60,130 bases of DNA from a virus (taxonomy: Duplodnaviria; Caudoviricetes). Positions within the stretch are counted from its first letter, which is position 1, and each line of letters starts with the position of its first letter. A model generated the notes under the pieces. That model did not search any database. It was not told where the DNA came from and saw only the letters and a list, made by a program, of their open reading frames with translations. Positions 1 to 11,800 of this stretch are shown one piece after another. The stretch lies in the IMG/VR virus record IMGVR_UViG_3300025108_000048, positions 1 through 60,130 of that record. One strand, 5' to 3'. The position numbers and the translations under genes are program-made.

Positions 1-33
1 GAGGGTGACTTCGATATCAAAGAGGAGGTATAG
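1..33 (+). CDS. 3' end of an upstream gene (partial, EGDFDIKEEV*)
   Basis: Frame 1 is open from base 1 to TAG at 31-33, just upstream of the exonuclease gene; identity cannot be determined. Confidence 0.4.
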   Translation, partial: EGDFDIKEEV

Positions 34-59
34 AATTGTTGAACCTATAAAAGGTAAAA

Positions 60-1076
60 ATGTCAGTATTATTAGTAGACGGAGATAACTTACTTACAAT
101 CGGATTTTATGGAGTAAAAAATTACTTCTATAAGGGTGATCACATTGGTGGTATATATCATTTCATTAATACTTTAAGAAAATCATTTGAACTTTATAAG
201 TTAGACAAAATTGTTGTTTTTTGGGACGGAGAAGATGGTGCCGCCACTCGTAAAAGGATGTATTCTCGTTACAAAGAAAACAGAAGACAACGAATTAGAA
301 CCGACAAAGAAAAAGAGTCTTACACAAGACAAAGAAGAAGAATTCAACAGTACCTCGAGGAACTATATGTTAGACAAGGTGAGTTTGAATTCTGTGAGGC
401 GGACGACGGTATTGCCGAATACACACAAAAAAGTTCCGAGAATATAATTGTTTACTCTTCTGATGGGGACTTAGCTCAATTAGTATCTGACACAACAAAG
501 ATATATAACCCATCACACAGGAAACTTTACGGTCAAAATGATATAATACAATACGAACATCAAGAACTACACATACAGAACGTTAAAATCGTTAAGATGG
601 TGTGTGGTGATCGATCAGACAATATCACAGGAATCTATAATTTAGGTACTAAGAAAATTTTAAAACTTTTTCCTGAGTTAAAAACAAGACCTGTCACTTT
701 AAATGAAATTGTTGAACGTTCAAACGAATTATTTGAGAAAGACAAAGATAACAAAACCATTAAAAATCTTTTAACGGGTGTTACAAAATACGGTATTTAC
801 GGGGAAGAGTTCTTTAACCTTAACGAAAGTATTGTAAGTTTAGATCAACCGTTTCTCACGGATATTGCGAGAGAAACAATCACAGACCTTATAAATGAAA
901 AATTGGATCCTGAAGGAAGATCCTATAAGAACACGATGAAGATGATGATGGAAGATGGGATATTCACTGTCTTACCTAAATCAGATGATGCGTGGATAAA
1001 ATTCCTTAACCCTTTCTTACGTTTAACCCGTAAGGAAAAAAATAAAAGAGTTATAAAAATTAAAACAAATGAGTAA
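60..1076 (+). CDS. 5'-3' exonuclease / flap endonuclease (T4 RNase H or PolA N-terminal-like)
   Basis: LLVDGDN, VFWDG, YKENR, EADD, SSDGDLAQL and GDRSDNITGI..LGTK (H3TH) motifs. Confidence 0.92.
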   Translation: MSVLLVDGDNLLTIGFYGVKNYFYKGDHIGGIYHFINTLRKSFELYKLDKIVVFWDGEDGAATRKRMYSRYKENRRQRIRTDKEKESYTRQRRRIQQYLEELYVRQGEFEFCEADDGIAEYTQKSSENIIVYSSDGDLAQLVSDTTKIYNPSHRKLYGQNDIIQYEHQELHIQNVKIVKMVCGDRSDNITGIYNLGTKKILKLFPELKTRPVTLNEIVERSNELFEKDKDNKTIKNLLTGVTKYGIYGEEFFNLNESIVSLDQPFLTDIARETITDLINEKLDPEGRSYKNTMKMMMEDGIFTVLPKSDDAWIKFLNPFLRLTRKEKNKRVIKIKTNE

Positions 1077-1521
1077 CAACGAAACGACAAAACTTGAATT
1101 TCTATTAACCTTGAACGATAATATTATCTGTCAAAGGTTCTTTAATGTCAGAGGATTTAACCCAAAAGTTAAAAGATCTATGGATCTTCACTATGATGTA
1201 AAAAATATTTGTGAAGAAATCGAAGAAAATTTGAAACAAAAAACTTTGGATTATCTACATAAAGATCAACATTATTTTCCCGTTTTCGACCCTTTGAACA
1301 ACGAGGGTCCAGACCCGGATGAATACTTCAGAGTAGAGATTAAGCAGAATGACGATGTATTTATTTCAAGAGCATTCCCCGCACATATCTATCACCCTAA
1401 AGTGAGATATTCTGTGGACATTCGACCGATCTTAAGAAGAGTATTAGGTGGACTAAGCGAAACCTTCTCTTTAGAGGATATAACAACAAAATATATGAAT
1501 TATAATTTACAACAAAACTAA
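1069..1521 (+). CDS. hypothetical protein
   Basis: 150-aa ORF coupled between the exonuclease and helicase genes. Confidence 0.8.
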   Translation: MSNNETTKLEFLLTLNDNIICQRFFNVRGFNPKVKRSMDLHYDVKNICEEIEENLKQKTLDYLHKDQHYFPVFDPLNNEGPDPDEYFRVEIKQNDDVFISRAFPAHIYHPKVRYSVDIRPILRRVLGGLSETFSLEDITTKYMNYNLQQN

Positions 1522-1527
1522 AGTATT

Positions 1528-2919
1528 ATGAGTGAGATGAACTTCGGAAAACAAGGAAACCAATTCCAACAAGCATTAATTAAATCAATAATTGAAGACG
1601 CCAAATATGGTGAACAAATTATGGAGGTTCTTGAAAGTAGATACTTTGACAATAATTCATTTAAGTATATTATCACACATATAAAAGAGTTACAGGATAT
1701 ATATAAAACTATCCCAACATATGAGACTCTTAAACAAAAGATAATGACTGAGACGGCTAATAATCCATTGGCTGGTAGGTTACACAGTGAGACATTACAA
1801 TCAATAGAGGGGTTGGAAGAAGTTGTTGTCGGTCAAACGTATGTAAAGGACACCGCACTTAATTTTTGTAAACAACAGAATTTGAGAAAGACCATGAGTG
1901 AGGCATTAAAGATCATAGATAAGGGTGATTTCGAGTCATACGATAAAATTTCAGAGATGGTTAATACTTCACTACAGGTAGGTGCGTCAGATGATGATAT
2001 CACTGATATTTTTGATGATCTTGACAATGCATTAGACATCGATCCAAGAGTTCCTATACCTACGGGTATAAGTGGTTTAGATGATCTTTTAAAAGGTGGT
2101 ATTGGAACGGGAGAATTAGGTATGATACTGGCACCCACAGGTGTTGGTAAATCAACTATTCTTACTAAGTTCGCGAATACCGCGGCAAATACAGGACACA
2201 AAGTTGTACAAATATTTTTCGAAGACACTAAAACACAAATTAAACAGAAACATTTTACGTGTTGGTCAGGGTTTAGTACCGATCAACAAGTCGAAAGTCC
2301 TGAGGCTAAGTTAGCGACAATTGCGAAAGCACGTGAGTGTCAAGAAAGAGAAAGTTTTGGTGGTTTAAAAATTATCAGAATGGAAAATTATAACACCACA
2401 GTTAGTGATGTTAAAAGAAAATTATTAAAATTACAATCACAAGGATTCAAGGCGGATTTAGTTGTCATTGATTATGTGGATTGTATGATTGCGGATAGAT
2501 CTAAAGGATATGATGAAGAATGGAAAGGTGAGGGTTCTGTAATAAGACAATTAGATGCAATGTGTTATGATCTTAATGTGGCACTGTGGACCGCATCACA
2601 AGGTAATAGAAGTTCGATATCAGCGGACATTGTGAACGTTGATGACATGGGGGGATCAATTAAAAAGGCACAAACAGCACATATAATTCTTTCAATTGCA
2701 AAGAGTTTAGAACAAAAAGATAATAAGACGGCTAATATGAGTTTAATTAAGTCGCGAGTTGGTAGAGACGGTGTGAACTTTAACAACTGTAAATTCGATA
2801 ATGAATTTATGGAAATCGATGTCACGGAACAAGAAACCTTATTGGGTCATCAAATGAGGAAACAAGAACAAGGAATGAACCGTGCGGCAGAGATTTACAA
2901 ACAAACACACAACCTATAA
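1528..2919 (+). CDS. DnaB-like replicative helicase (T4 gp41-like)
   Basis: IPTGISGLDDLLKGG, Walker A APTGVGKS, Walker B VVIDYVD, TASQGNR, KSR. Confidence 0.92.
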   Translation: MSEMNFGKQGNQFQQALIKSIIEDAKYGEQIMEVLESRYFDNNSFKYIITHIKELQDIYKTIPTYETLKQKIMTETANNPLAGRLHSETLQSIEGLEEVVVGQTYVKDTALNFCKQQNLRKTMSEALKIIDKGDFESYDKISEMVNTSLQVGASDDDITDIFDDLDNALDIDPRVPIPTGISGLDDLLKGGIGTGELGMILAPTGVGKSTILTKFANTAANTGHKVVQIFFEDTKTQIKQKHFTCWSGFSTDQQVESPEAKLATIAKARECQERESFGGLKIIRMENYNTTVSDVKRKLLKLQSQGFKADLVVIDYVDCMIADRSKGYDEEWKGEGSVIRQLDAMCYDLNVALWTASQGNRSSISADIVNVDDMGGSIKKAQTAHIILSIAKSLEQKDNKTANMSLIKSRVGRDGVNFNNCKFDNEFMEIDVTEQETLLGHQMRKQEQGMNRAAEIYKQTHNL

Positions 2920-2944
2920 TTAATTAACTAAATACATTAAAAAC

Positions 2945-3919
2945 ATGAGTGAAAAGATTTTACAAGAAAATCCTGGACGATTCGTCCTATTCCCAATAAC
3001 ACACAACGATATTTGGAAATACTATAAACAACAAGAGGCGAGTTTTTGGACTGCGGAAGAAATTGACTTACAACAAGATGTGAGTGATTGGACCAATAAA
3101 TTAAACGATGATGAAAGACATTTCGTAAAACACGTATTGGCGTTTTTTGCGGCGTCTGATGGTATTGTCAATGAAAATCTCGCGGAGAACTTTATTAATG
3201 ATGTACAGTATACTGAAGCAAAATTCTTCTATGGTTTTCAAATCGCAATGGAGAATATTCACTCAGAGACTTATTCACTATTAATTGATTCATTAATTAA
3301 AGACACAGTAGAACAAGATAGATTGTTTAATGCGATTGAAACTATTCCCGCAATTCAAAAGAAAGCGGAATGGGCACTTAAATGGATTGAATCTGATTCA
3401 TTTGCGGAGAGACTTATTGCATTCGCAGCGGTGGAGGGTATATTCTTCTCAGGATCATTCTGTTCTATATTTTGGTTAAAGAAACGTGGTTTAATGCCGG
3501 GTCTAACATTTTCTAACGAATTAATTTCAAGAGATGAGGGATTACACTGTGATTTTGCATGTCACTTATATAACAACCATATTGAAAATAAATTACCTAA
3601 AGGAAGAATTGAGGAAATTATTCTTTCAGCATTGGAAATAGAGAAAGAATTTATCCTTGAAGCACTACCTGTTAGGTTAATCGGTATGAATGCGGATTTA
3701 ATGGAAAAATACTTAGAATTTGTTACTGATAGATTGTTAGATTCTTTAAATATTAAAAAGGAATTTAATACTGAGAATCCATTTGACTTTATGCAAAACA
3801 TAGCATTACAAGGGAAAACTAACTTTTTCGAGAAAAGAGTGGCGGAATACCAAAAAGCGGGTGTTAATAACGAAACCGAAGAGGACATAGATTCTGCGTT
3901 CGGAGATATGGATTTTTAA
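2945..3919 (+). CDS. nrdB: ribonucleotide reductase class Ia beta subunit
   Basis: [30 protein letters not shown] (radical Tyr), [24 protein letters not shown]. Confidence 0.97.
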   Translation: MSEKILQENPGRFVLFPITHNDIWKYYKQQEASFWTAEEIDLQQDVSDWTNKLNDDERHFVKHVLAFFAASDGIVNENLAENFINDVQYTEAKFFYGFQIAMENIHSETYSLLIDSLIKDTVEQDRLFNAIETIPAIQKKAEWALKWIESDSFAERLIAFAAVEGIFFSGSFCSIFWLKKRGLMPGLTFSNELISRDEGLHCDFACHLYNNHIENKLPKGRIEEIILSALEIEKEFILEALPVRLIGMNADLMEKYLEFVTDRLLDSLNIKKEFNTENPFDFMQNIALQGKTNFFEKRVAEYQKAGVNNETEEDIDSAFGDMDF

Positions 3920-3931
3920 CAACTAAGAAAG

Positions 3932-6385
3932 ATGAAGGTAAAAAAGAGAAATGGTTCCTTAGAACAAATGAAATATGACAAGATCACAAGGAGAATATCT
4001 GCATTGTGTTCTGATCTAAACTTGGATTACGTAGACCCCACATATATTACTTTAAAGGTTACACAAGGAATATATGATGAGATAACCACAACAGAGTTAG
4101 ATACTTTGGCTGCGGAGACTGCGGCATCTATGACAACCACTCATCCCGATTATTCAAAACTTGCGGGTAGACTAGCGGTTACTAATTTACATAAAACAAC
4201 ACCTAAAAAGTTTTCACAAGCAATAAAAGAACTATATTCTTTTATCGAACCAAGGACAGGTAAAGAATCCTCATTAATATCTGACGATTTATATGAATTC
4301 GTTATGAAAAACAAAAGTACTATTGATGGTGCGGTTGTCCAAGAAAGGGATTTTGATTTTGATTATTTTGGGTTTAAGACTTTAGAGAGATCATATCTGT
4401 TAAAAATTAGTGGTAGGATCGTTGAACGACCTCAATATATGTATATGAGGGTTGCAATGGGAATATGTAATGGGGATATAGATGAAGGAATTAGGATTTA
4501 TAATGATTTATCCCAACACTTTTATACTCACGCAACACCAACCCTATTTAATGCAGGTACAAGACGACCACAAATGTCATCTTGTTTCCTTATTGGTAAT
4601 AAAGGTGACGATATTAATTCGTTATTTGATACCGTAAAGGATGTTGCTAATATATCTAAATGGGCTGGTGGTATAGGTTTACACGTACACGATGTAAGAG
4701 CGAAAGGTTCATACATAAAAGGTACAGGTGGTGAGTCCGACGGGTTACTACCAATGATGAAAACCTACAACGAAGTTGCGAGATGGATAAATCAAGGGGG
4801 TAAAAGAAAAGGGTCATTTGCAATATACCTTGAACCATGGCATGCAGATGTCTTCGAATTTATTGACTTAAGAAAAAATCATGGTAAAGAAGAGATGAGA
4901 GCGAGAGATTTATTTCTTGCAATGTGGACTCCTGATTTATTTATGGAAAGGGTTAAACAAGATGGGGATTGGACTTTATTCTCACCTGACGAAGCACCTG
5001 GTTTATCGGATGTATATGATTCACCAGAATCTAAAAACTTTACTGAGTTGTATGAAAAATACGAACAAGAGGGTAAAGGTAGAAGAGTGGTGAAGGCAAG
5101 AAAACTTATGGATGCGATATTAACCGCACAGATTGAAACAGGTACACCATACATGTTATATAAAGATGCCGCTAACTCTAAATCAAATCAAAAGAATTTA
5201 GGGACCATTAAGTCATCTAACCTATGTACTGAAATTATTGAATATAGTTCACCTACAGAACAGGCGGTTTGTAACTTAGCATCTATAGCATTACCAAAAT
5301 ATATTGTAGATGGTGAGTTCAGTCACAGTTTACTATATGACTATGTTTATCAGGTAGTAAGGAATTTAAATAATGTAATTAACTTAAATTTCTACCCTAC
5401 AGAAGAAACTAAGAGATCTAATTTTAGACACAGACCAATTGGGTTAGGTATACAAGGTTTGGCGGATGTATTCTGTAAACTTAAAATACCTTTTGAATCA
5501 GAAATTGCGGATACACTTCAAACAGACATATTTGAAACCATATATTTTGCGGCAATGACCTCATCTAAAGATATTTCTTCTGATGTTGGACCATATGAAT
5601 CTATATCAGGATCACCTATAGAAAAAGGTATTTTCCAATATCAAATGTGGGGATTAAAAGATAAAGATTTATCAGGTAGATGGGATTGGAAATCACTTAG
5701 AAAAGAGGTGGTTAAGTACGGTGTAAGAAATTCACTTTTATTAGCACCTATGCCGACAGCATCTACGGCACAAATATTAGGTAATAATGAGGCGTTCGAA
5801 CCATTTACTTCTAACTTATACTCAAGAAGAACATTAGGTGGTGAATTTATTGTTATCAACAAACATCTTGTACAGAGTTTAATGGAAAATGATTTGTGGA
5901 ATGATGAAATCAAGAATAAACTTATAATGGAGAATGGTTCTGTACAGAATATTCCTGAAATTCCTGTTGACGTTAAGGAAGTTTACAAGACTGTTTGGGA
6001 AATGTCTCAAAAAACATTACTGAATATGGCGGCGAAAAGATCTGTTTTTATTGATCAGTCACAATCACTTAACCTTTTTATAAGTAATGCTACGAAGGCG
6101 AAGTTGTTGGCGGCACATTTACATGGATGGAACTTAGGTTTAAAAACAGGAATGTATTATTTAAGAACAAAATCTGCGGTCGACCCACTTAAAGGTTTAG
6201 GTGTAAGTACGACTAAAAATAAAACACCTGAGGTAGAGTCGGAACCACAAAAAGAAGTGGTTGAAACCAATACCATGCCGACCTCTAATTCCTTAATAAG
6301 TGATAATAAAGAATTACAAATGGTTTCACAACCTACAATACGTCCTGATGACTCACCGTTCGAGTGTGAAGGTTGCGGATCGTAA
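3932..6385 (+). CDS. nrdA: ribonucleotide reductase class Ia alpha subunit with ATP cone
   Basis: N-terminal KVKKRNG ATP cone, TPTLFNAG, SSCFL, SNLCTEI, VCNLAS, MPTAST, KTGMYYLR, C-terminal CEGC. Confidence 0.97.
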   Translation: MKVKKRNGSLEQMKYDKITRRISALCSDLNLDYVDPTYITLKVTQGIYDEITTTELDTLAAETAASMTTTHPDYSKLAGRLAVTNLHKTTPKKFSQAIKELYSFIEPRTGKESSLISDDLYEFVMKNKSTIDGAVVQERDFDFDYFGFKTLERSYLLKISGRIVERPQYMYMRVAMGICNGDIDEGIRIYNDLSQHFYTHATPTLFNAGTRRPQMSSCFLIGNKGDDINSLFDTVKDVANISKWAGGIGLHVHDVRAKGSYIKGTGGESDGLLPMMKTYNEVARWINQGGKRKGSFAIYLEPWHADVFEFIDLRKNHGKEEMRARDLFLAMWTPDLFMERVKQDGDWTLFSPDEAPGLSDVYDSPESKNFTELYEKYEQEGKGRRVVKARKLMDAILTAQIETGTPYMLYKDAANSKSNQKNLGTIKSSNLCTEIIEYSSPTEQAVCNLASIALPKYIVDGEFSHSLLYDYVYQVVRNLNNVINLNFYPTEETKRSNFRHRPIGLGIQGLADVFCKLKIPFESEIADTLQTDIFETIYFAAMTSSKDISSDVGPYESISGSPIEKGIFQYQMWGLKDKDLSGRWDWKSLRKEVVKYGVRNSLLLAPMPTASTAQILGNNEAFEPFTSNLYSRRTLGGEFIVINKHLVQSLMENDLWNDEIKNKLIMENGSVQNIPEIPVDVKEVYKTVWEMSQKTLLNMAAKRSVFIDQSQSLNLFISNATKAKLLAAHLHGWNLGLKTGMYYLRTKSAVDPLKGLGVSTTKNKTPEVESEPQKEVVETNTMPTSNSLISDNKELQMVSQPTIRPDDSPFECEGCGS

Positions 6386-6413
6386 GTTTAACCACATTTT
6401 GTCAGTTTTTTTT

Positions 6414-6440
6414 AAACCCACCACCAAGGTGGGTTTTTTA
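6414..6440 (+). terminator. rho-independent terminator after nrdA
   Basis: Perfect stem AAACCCACC / GGTGGGTTT with a 5-nt loop and a T tail. Confidence 0.85.
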
Positions 6441-6476
6441 TTTACAATCATTTTAGTATTGAATATATTTATTAGT

Positions 6477-6929
6477 ATGGCAGTAACATATGGAATTGAC
6501 TTTCCTTTTAGAGAAAGTCTGACAGGAGATTATTTAAAAATGAGTACAAGTCCCGAAAAAGAGGTCAGGGCAAACCTTATTCACCTTATTCTTACAAAGA
6601 AGGGTAGTAGATATTACTTACCTGATTTTGGAACGAGGATATACGAATACATCTTTGATCAAAACGATATGGTTACATTTAATTTAATTGAGGAAGAAAT
6701 TAGAGAGGGTTGTAAGAAATACTTACCGAATCTTGATATTAATTCAATTAAAGTGATTTCTTCAGAAGATGATTCCGATCCCGTAACAACGGTGGATGAA
6801 GAAGATGATGAAAGATTATTTAGACTTGCGGACGAATCAACTAAACCATACACCGCAAAAGTTAAAATTGATTACACGGTTAATAATGGTGCGTTTTCGT
6901 CATCAGATTTTATAATAATTAATATATAA
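6477..6929 (+). CDS. gp25/GPW-like baseplate wedge protein (start re-called to ATG 6477)
   Basis: YGIDFPF...VRANLIHLILTKKGSRYYLPDFGTRI gp25 pattern; the longer start in the ORF track would cross nrdA and the terminator. Confidence 0.85.
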   Translation: MAVTYGIDFPFRESLTGDYLKMSTSPEKEVRANLIHLILTKKGSRYYLPDFGTRIYEYIFDQNDMVTFNLIEEEIREGCKKYLPNLDINSIKVISSEDDSDPVTTVDEEDDERLFRLADESTKPYTAKVKIDYTVNNGAFSSSDFIIINI

Positions 6930-6930
6930 G

Positions 6931-8763
6931 ATGGCAAAAAAAATATCATACGCTAAAAGAGACTTTGCAGGATTAAGGGAAGAGTTGGTTAATTTAACTA
7001 ACGATTTTTATCCTGACTTAATAAAGAATACTAACGATGCATCGATTTATTCGGTGATGTTAGATCTTAACGCCGCAATAGGTGATAACCTACACTACCA
7101 CATTGATAGGGTTTGGCAAGAAACGATGTTAGATTTCGCACAACAAAGGAGATCACTTTTTCACATTGCAAAAACATATGGTATTAATGTACCGGGTAAT
7201 CGTCCATCAGTCGCATTATCTGATTTCTCAGTAAATGTACCTGTAAGAGGTGATAAAGAAGATGAGAGATATTTGGGTGTACTCAAGGCAGGGGCACAAG
7301 TATCGGGTGGAGGACAAACATTTGAAACTATAGAGGATATAGATTTCTCAAGTCCATTTAATAGTAAGGGAGAACCGAATAGACTTAAGATACCAAACTT
7401 TGACAGTAATAATAAGTTGGTATCATATACAATTACCAAAAGAGATGCAATAGTTAATGGTGTATCAAGAGTTTTTAGAAGAGTAATTGGGGCACAAGAT
7501 CAAAAACCATTTTTAAAATTGTTTTTACCTGAACAAAATGTGTTAGGAGTAACATCAATAATACATAAGGAAGGAACTAACTTCACGTCTAACCCGTCAA
7601 CCTCTGAATTTCAAGATGAGAAAAACAGGTGGTATGAAGTTAAGAGTTTAATGGAGGATAAGGTATTCCTACCAAATAAAACCAAAACATCAGACACGGA
7701 TAATTTTACTGCGGGTGAATACAAAAGAGTAACAAACAAATTTATTTCAGAATATACACCTGAAGGATATATGTCAGTGACTTTTGGATCCGGTAATATT
7801 GATCCACTTGATAACTTAGACAAGTTTAACGAAGGTAAGTTGAAGGTTAACCTGGCATCATATTTAAATAATTTATCATTAGGGTCAACACCTAAGAAAA
7901 ACTCAACTGTGTTTATCAAATATAGAATAGGTGGAGGTAAAAATAGTAATCTCGGTGTTAATGTGATAACAAGTGTAGAAAATGTAGAGTTTAATGTGAC
8001 AGGACCATTAGGAAATGTTAATAGTCAAGTTATACGTTCTTTAAATGCAACCAACGTAACCCCTGCGGTGGGTGGTTCAGATCAACCTACAATTGAGGAA
8101 ATAAGAAATATGGTGGGATATAACTTTGCAGCACAGGATAGGGCGGTAACACTTAATGATTATAAAGTTTTGATAGAGACCATGCCTTCTACATACGGTG
8201 CACCCGCAAAAGTAAATGTCATGGAAGAAGACAATAAAGTTAAAATAAAACTTCTTTCCTACGATGATGAGGGTAACTTAAATGATACTGTTTCAACAAC
8301 ACTTAAAAACAACATATTAAGGTATCTAACGAACTATAGAATGATTAATGACTATATTGATATACAAAGTGGAGAAGTCCTTGATTTAGGGTTAGAAATC
8401 GATTTATTAATTGATAAGAATATTAATCAGACAGACGTACTTAAAGAAGTGGTTAGTCAATCAACATCATTCTTCAATATAGAGAAAAGAAAAATGGGTG
8501 ACCCACTGTTTGTAGGTGAGTTACAGAAAGAAATATCAAATATATCTGGAATTGTTAATGTTGTTGACTTAAGAGTTTTTGGAAAAACAGGTGGAGAATA
8601 TTCACCGGCGGAAGTAAGTCAAGGATATAGTGACGAGGAAACAAAACAAGTTGCTCAGTCAGATTCAACAATTTTTATGAAGAGTAACCAAATCTTCCAA
8701 ATTAGATTCCCTAATAAAGATATAAAAATTAGGGTTAAATCTTTAGGTTCCACTACATTTTAA
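6931..8763 (+). CDS. baseplate wedge protein (T4 gp6 / baseplate J-like)
   Basis: RDFAGLREEL N-terminus, YRIGGG, GGSDQPTIEEIR, AQDRAVTLNDY; follows the gp25-like gene. Confidence 0.85.
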   Translation: MAKKISYAKRDFAGLREELVNLTNDFYPDLIKNTNDASIYSVMLDLNAAIGDNLHYHIDRVWQETMLDFAQQRRSLFHIAKTYGINVPGNRPSVALSDFSVNVPVRGDKEDERYLGVLKAGAQVSGGGQTFETIEDIDFSSPFNSKGEPNRLKIPNFDSNNKLVSYTITKRDAIVNGVSRVFRRVIGAQDQKPFLKLFLPEQNVLGVTSIIHKEGTNFTSNPSTSEFQDEKNRWYEVKSLMEDKVFLPNKTKTSDTDNFTAGEYKRVTNKFISEYTPEGYMSVTFGSGNIDPLDNLDKFNEGKLKVNLASYLNNLSLGSTPKKNSTVFIKYRIGGGKNSNLGVNVITSVENVEFNVTGPLGNVNSQVIRSLNATNVTPAVGGSDQPTIEEIRNMVGYNFAAQDRAVTLNDYKVLIETMPSTYGAPAKVNVMEEDNKVKIKLLSYDDEGNLNDTVSTTLKNNILRYLTNYRMINDYIDIQSGEVLDLGLEIDLLIDKNINQTDVLKEVVSQSTSFFNIEKRKMGDPLFVGELQKEISNISGIVNVVDLRVFGKTGGEYSPAEVSQGYSDEETKQVAQSDSTIFMKSNQIFQIRFPNKDIKIRVKSLGSTTF

Positions 8764-8823
8764 AATTCTTTTTCTGTATTATTATTAATTAAGGGAAACT
8801 ATGTTCCAATCTATTTATATGAT

Positions 8824-11800
8824 ATGATGCAGAAACACAGAATACGTACTGAAATAGGAAATAATCAAAAATTGACTGTAGAGTTAAAACAAGATTATGA
8901 CCTATTAGAGATACTTTCACTCAAATTTAGTCAAAAAGACGCATACACATCTCTTTGTGCTGATTATGGAGTTGTTTGTGGTAGAATTAGCGCAAACCAA
9001 GGATTTGGTGTCGCAAATGCAAGAGTATCAATTTTTATACCCTTGGACGATGTTGATGAACAAGATCCTGTAGTATCTGCACTTTACCCATATAAATTAA
9101 CACAAGACACAAATACAGACGGATACAAGTACAATCTTTTCCCAAAAAGAAAACAACACACAGGACACACACCTACAGGTACATTTCCCGACCAAGAAGA
9201 CATTCTAACAAGAGAGGAAGTACTATATGTTTATGAAAAATACTATAAGTACACTGTAAAGACTAACGACGCTGGTGATTTTATGATATGGGGAGTTCCT
9301 GTTGGTAAACAAACAATACATGTAGATGTAGATTTATCAGACATGGGATGTCAGTCGTTAGTACCTTATGATTTTATTTATGAGGGAGTTTCTGAAGAAA
9401 AGTTTGAAAACAATTACTCATTTAGAAGTAGTTCCGACATTGGAAGTTTACCACAGACATTAACTTTTGAGGAAAGTTTAGAAGTTTATCCTTTTTGGGG
9501 TAACGAGGATTTATGTGAAATAGGAATTACAAGAACAGATTATGATTTATCCGAACAAGGTATTAGAATAGAACCATACTCAATCATGATGGGGGGGACT
9601 TTCACTGATTCAGGAAAGGATTCGGTAAGAGTTAGGTGTAATGTTGATAACCAAATGGGGGAAAAATGTGCACTCGTAACTGGTGAAGGTGATATCGAGG
9701 CAATTAGATTTTCTGGATATTATGAGGAAAATAATGATGGGACACCAAATTTCGAAAGACCAATATTAGAGGCAATACAGTTGGATTCCCAAATAGATAA
9801 AGAAGGTAATTTCTTTTTTAGAGTACCCATGAATATGGGATACAGAATTACAAATGAATTTGGTGAATTAGTGGAAACTAAAGATACCCAAAGGGGAATA
9901 CCTACAAGAGGAACTTACAGATTTAGATTTTCGTTACAAAATGATAATGGTCAGAAAAAACAATACAGGGGTAAGTATTTGGTACCACAAGTTAAAGAAC
10001 ATCAATTAAGTGGTGAGATTCATCCCAACGCGTACACATTCTCAGATAATTTAGATGATTACCCTTCCGATTCACATGATGATATTACGGGTATTAATAA
10101 TAATGGGTTTGCAAATGACATGTTTTACTCTTTTAGATACAATAGGGTTTATACGGTATCGTCATTTATTAACCAATACCATAATAAATCTTGGGGTGAA
10201 CGAGTATTTCCGTTTTTTGCAAAAGATAGAAATGAATCCTTTATCGGTATAAAAGAAATACAACCCTCCATTGAAGAAGATTGTTCGAATAATAACGAGT
10301 ACTTCCCAATTACTGATGCGGTTAGAAATCACAAATTTAAGTTCCTAATCACAACGATCTTAAATTTTTTGGAAAGACTTTATTTAATTATTACTCAATT
10401 TGCATTTGATTTCATTGTTGAGTTCATATTTGATGTTTCTGAAATCCTTTACAACATTAAAATTCCTGTCGTTAAATACAGACCTTTCAAAGGAACCGCA
10501 AGAAAAGTTTCCAGATTCGCACGACAAATTCAAATTGCCACAATTAGAAATTTAGAATTAATTAATTATCCTGATTGTTATGAATGTTCAAAAGATCCAC
10601 TAACGGGTAGTGACGGAACCCCTGGTGGAGATACATACGAGATAGTTCTTATAAATGATGATGGGGACGAAGTAGATTTCCCAAGTAGTACCGATAGTAG
10701 TACTCTAGAGTCGATTGTTAATGCTTCGGGTTTGACCGCGGTGAACAGTAATATAGTTACTAACCACCCATATGACCCAAATGATGGTACTTCAACTGGT
10801 TCTCCCGATTATTTGGATTTAACTATAACAGGTGGACATCCTGATAAAAACTATATTATAAAATTTATTGTTGAACCAGAAGTTGGATATACTGACCCCA
10901 ATACGGGAGATTACATAATTACATCGCAGGCGGTATATAATTATCTATTTATTGGATATGGATCTGATTCTCCGGTAAACGATTCAGTTACTGGAAGGTA
11001 TGATGGTCTTTCGTACGAGATATTTACTGCTTACTACGATGCCAACAACACAGATATGAGTGGTACCTTACCCACTTCAGACCCGGGAACTGTATTATCC
11101 GCTGTTGGTCAATTTACCATTCACACCGTCTATTTCTATGGTGAAAAACAGGTAAATACTACTTCTAATGATTTAGCGGAATCCGGTTGTTCTAAATATG
11201 ATACCATTTACGATCCTGATAATGACATGTCATTAAGGGCATTTTTGAATAATGCTGGAGGGACAAATGATTACAATTATTGGGTTGGGGTTGGTTCACA
11301 AGGAAGTGCTTATCCCGACATCTTTATAGACACTGAAGATCCGTGTAACTATACCCCACCATCATTTGATATCGTGGCATCAATTAGTGCATGGTATAAG
11401 GAAGCTGGTAAATCAGGTGATCCATATACCTCAAGAAGATGTAGGATAGCGGACGGACACGCACCAGATAGAGAAACAGGAATCCCTGCAGGTACTGCGT
11501 CAGGACATTCAGAATTTAGAGACGGTGTCTATACTTTAATTGCGGCTGGGGGTAAAAATAGAGCAATGATTCTAAACTACTCAAGAAGAAAATTACTCGG
11601 AAAACTTATGTGTGGGGGTATAACATCATACACATTTAGTAATAGTTGGTTAAATGGGTCATTATACTTCTTCCAATTTAGAAGAAGAAAAGGGGGTAAT
11701 AATGCAAAATATTGTAAAGATGTTATACATCGGGAAGTAGACGACACTGGAGTACACTATTATTATAGATCAACACCATATGACGGTACTAATTTTATTG

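Noticed and set aside
1528-6385. Inteins or introns in the helicase and RNR genes
   Set aside because: Protein lengths are normal, motifs are contiguous, and no intein splice motifs were seen
2945-6385. Eukaryotic or NCLDV origin suggested by the eukaryote-like RNR
   Set aside because: Sigma70, ClpP, DnaB/DnaG, gp25/gp6 baseplate genes and intrinsic terminators indicate a bacteriophage
6300-6476. N-terminal extension of the gp25-like ORF in the ORF track
   Set aside because: It overlaps nrdA and crosses a terminator; ATG 6477 fits the domain start and the promoter motif
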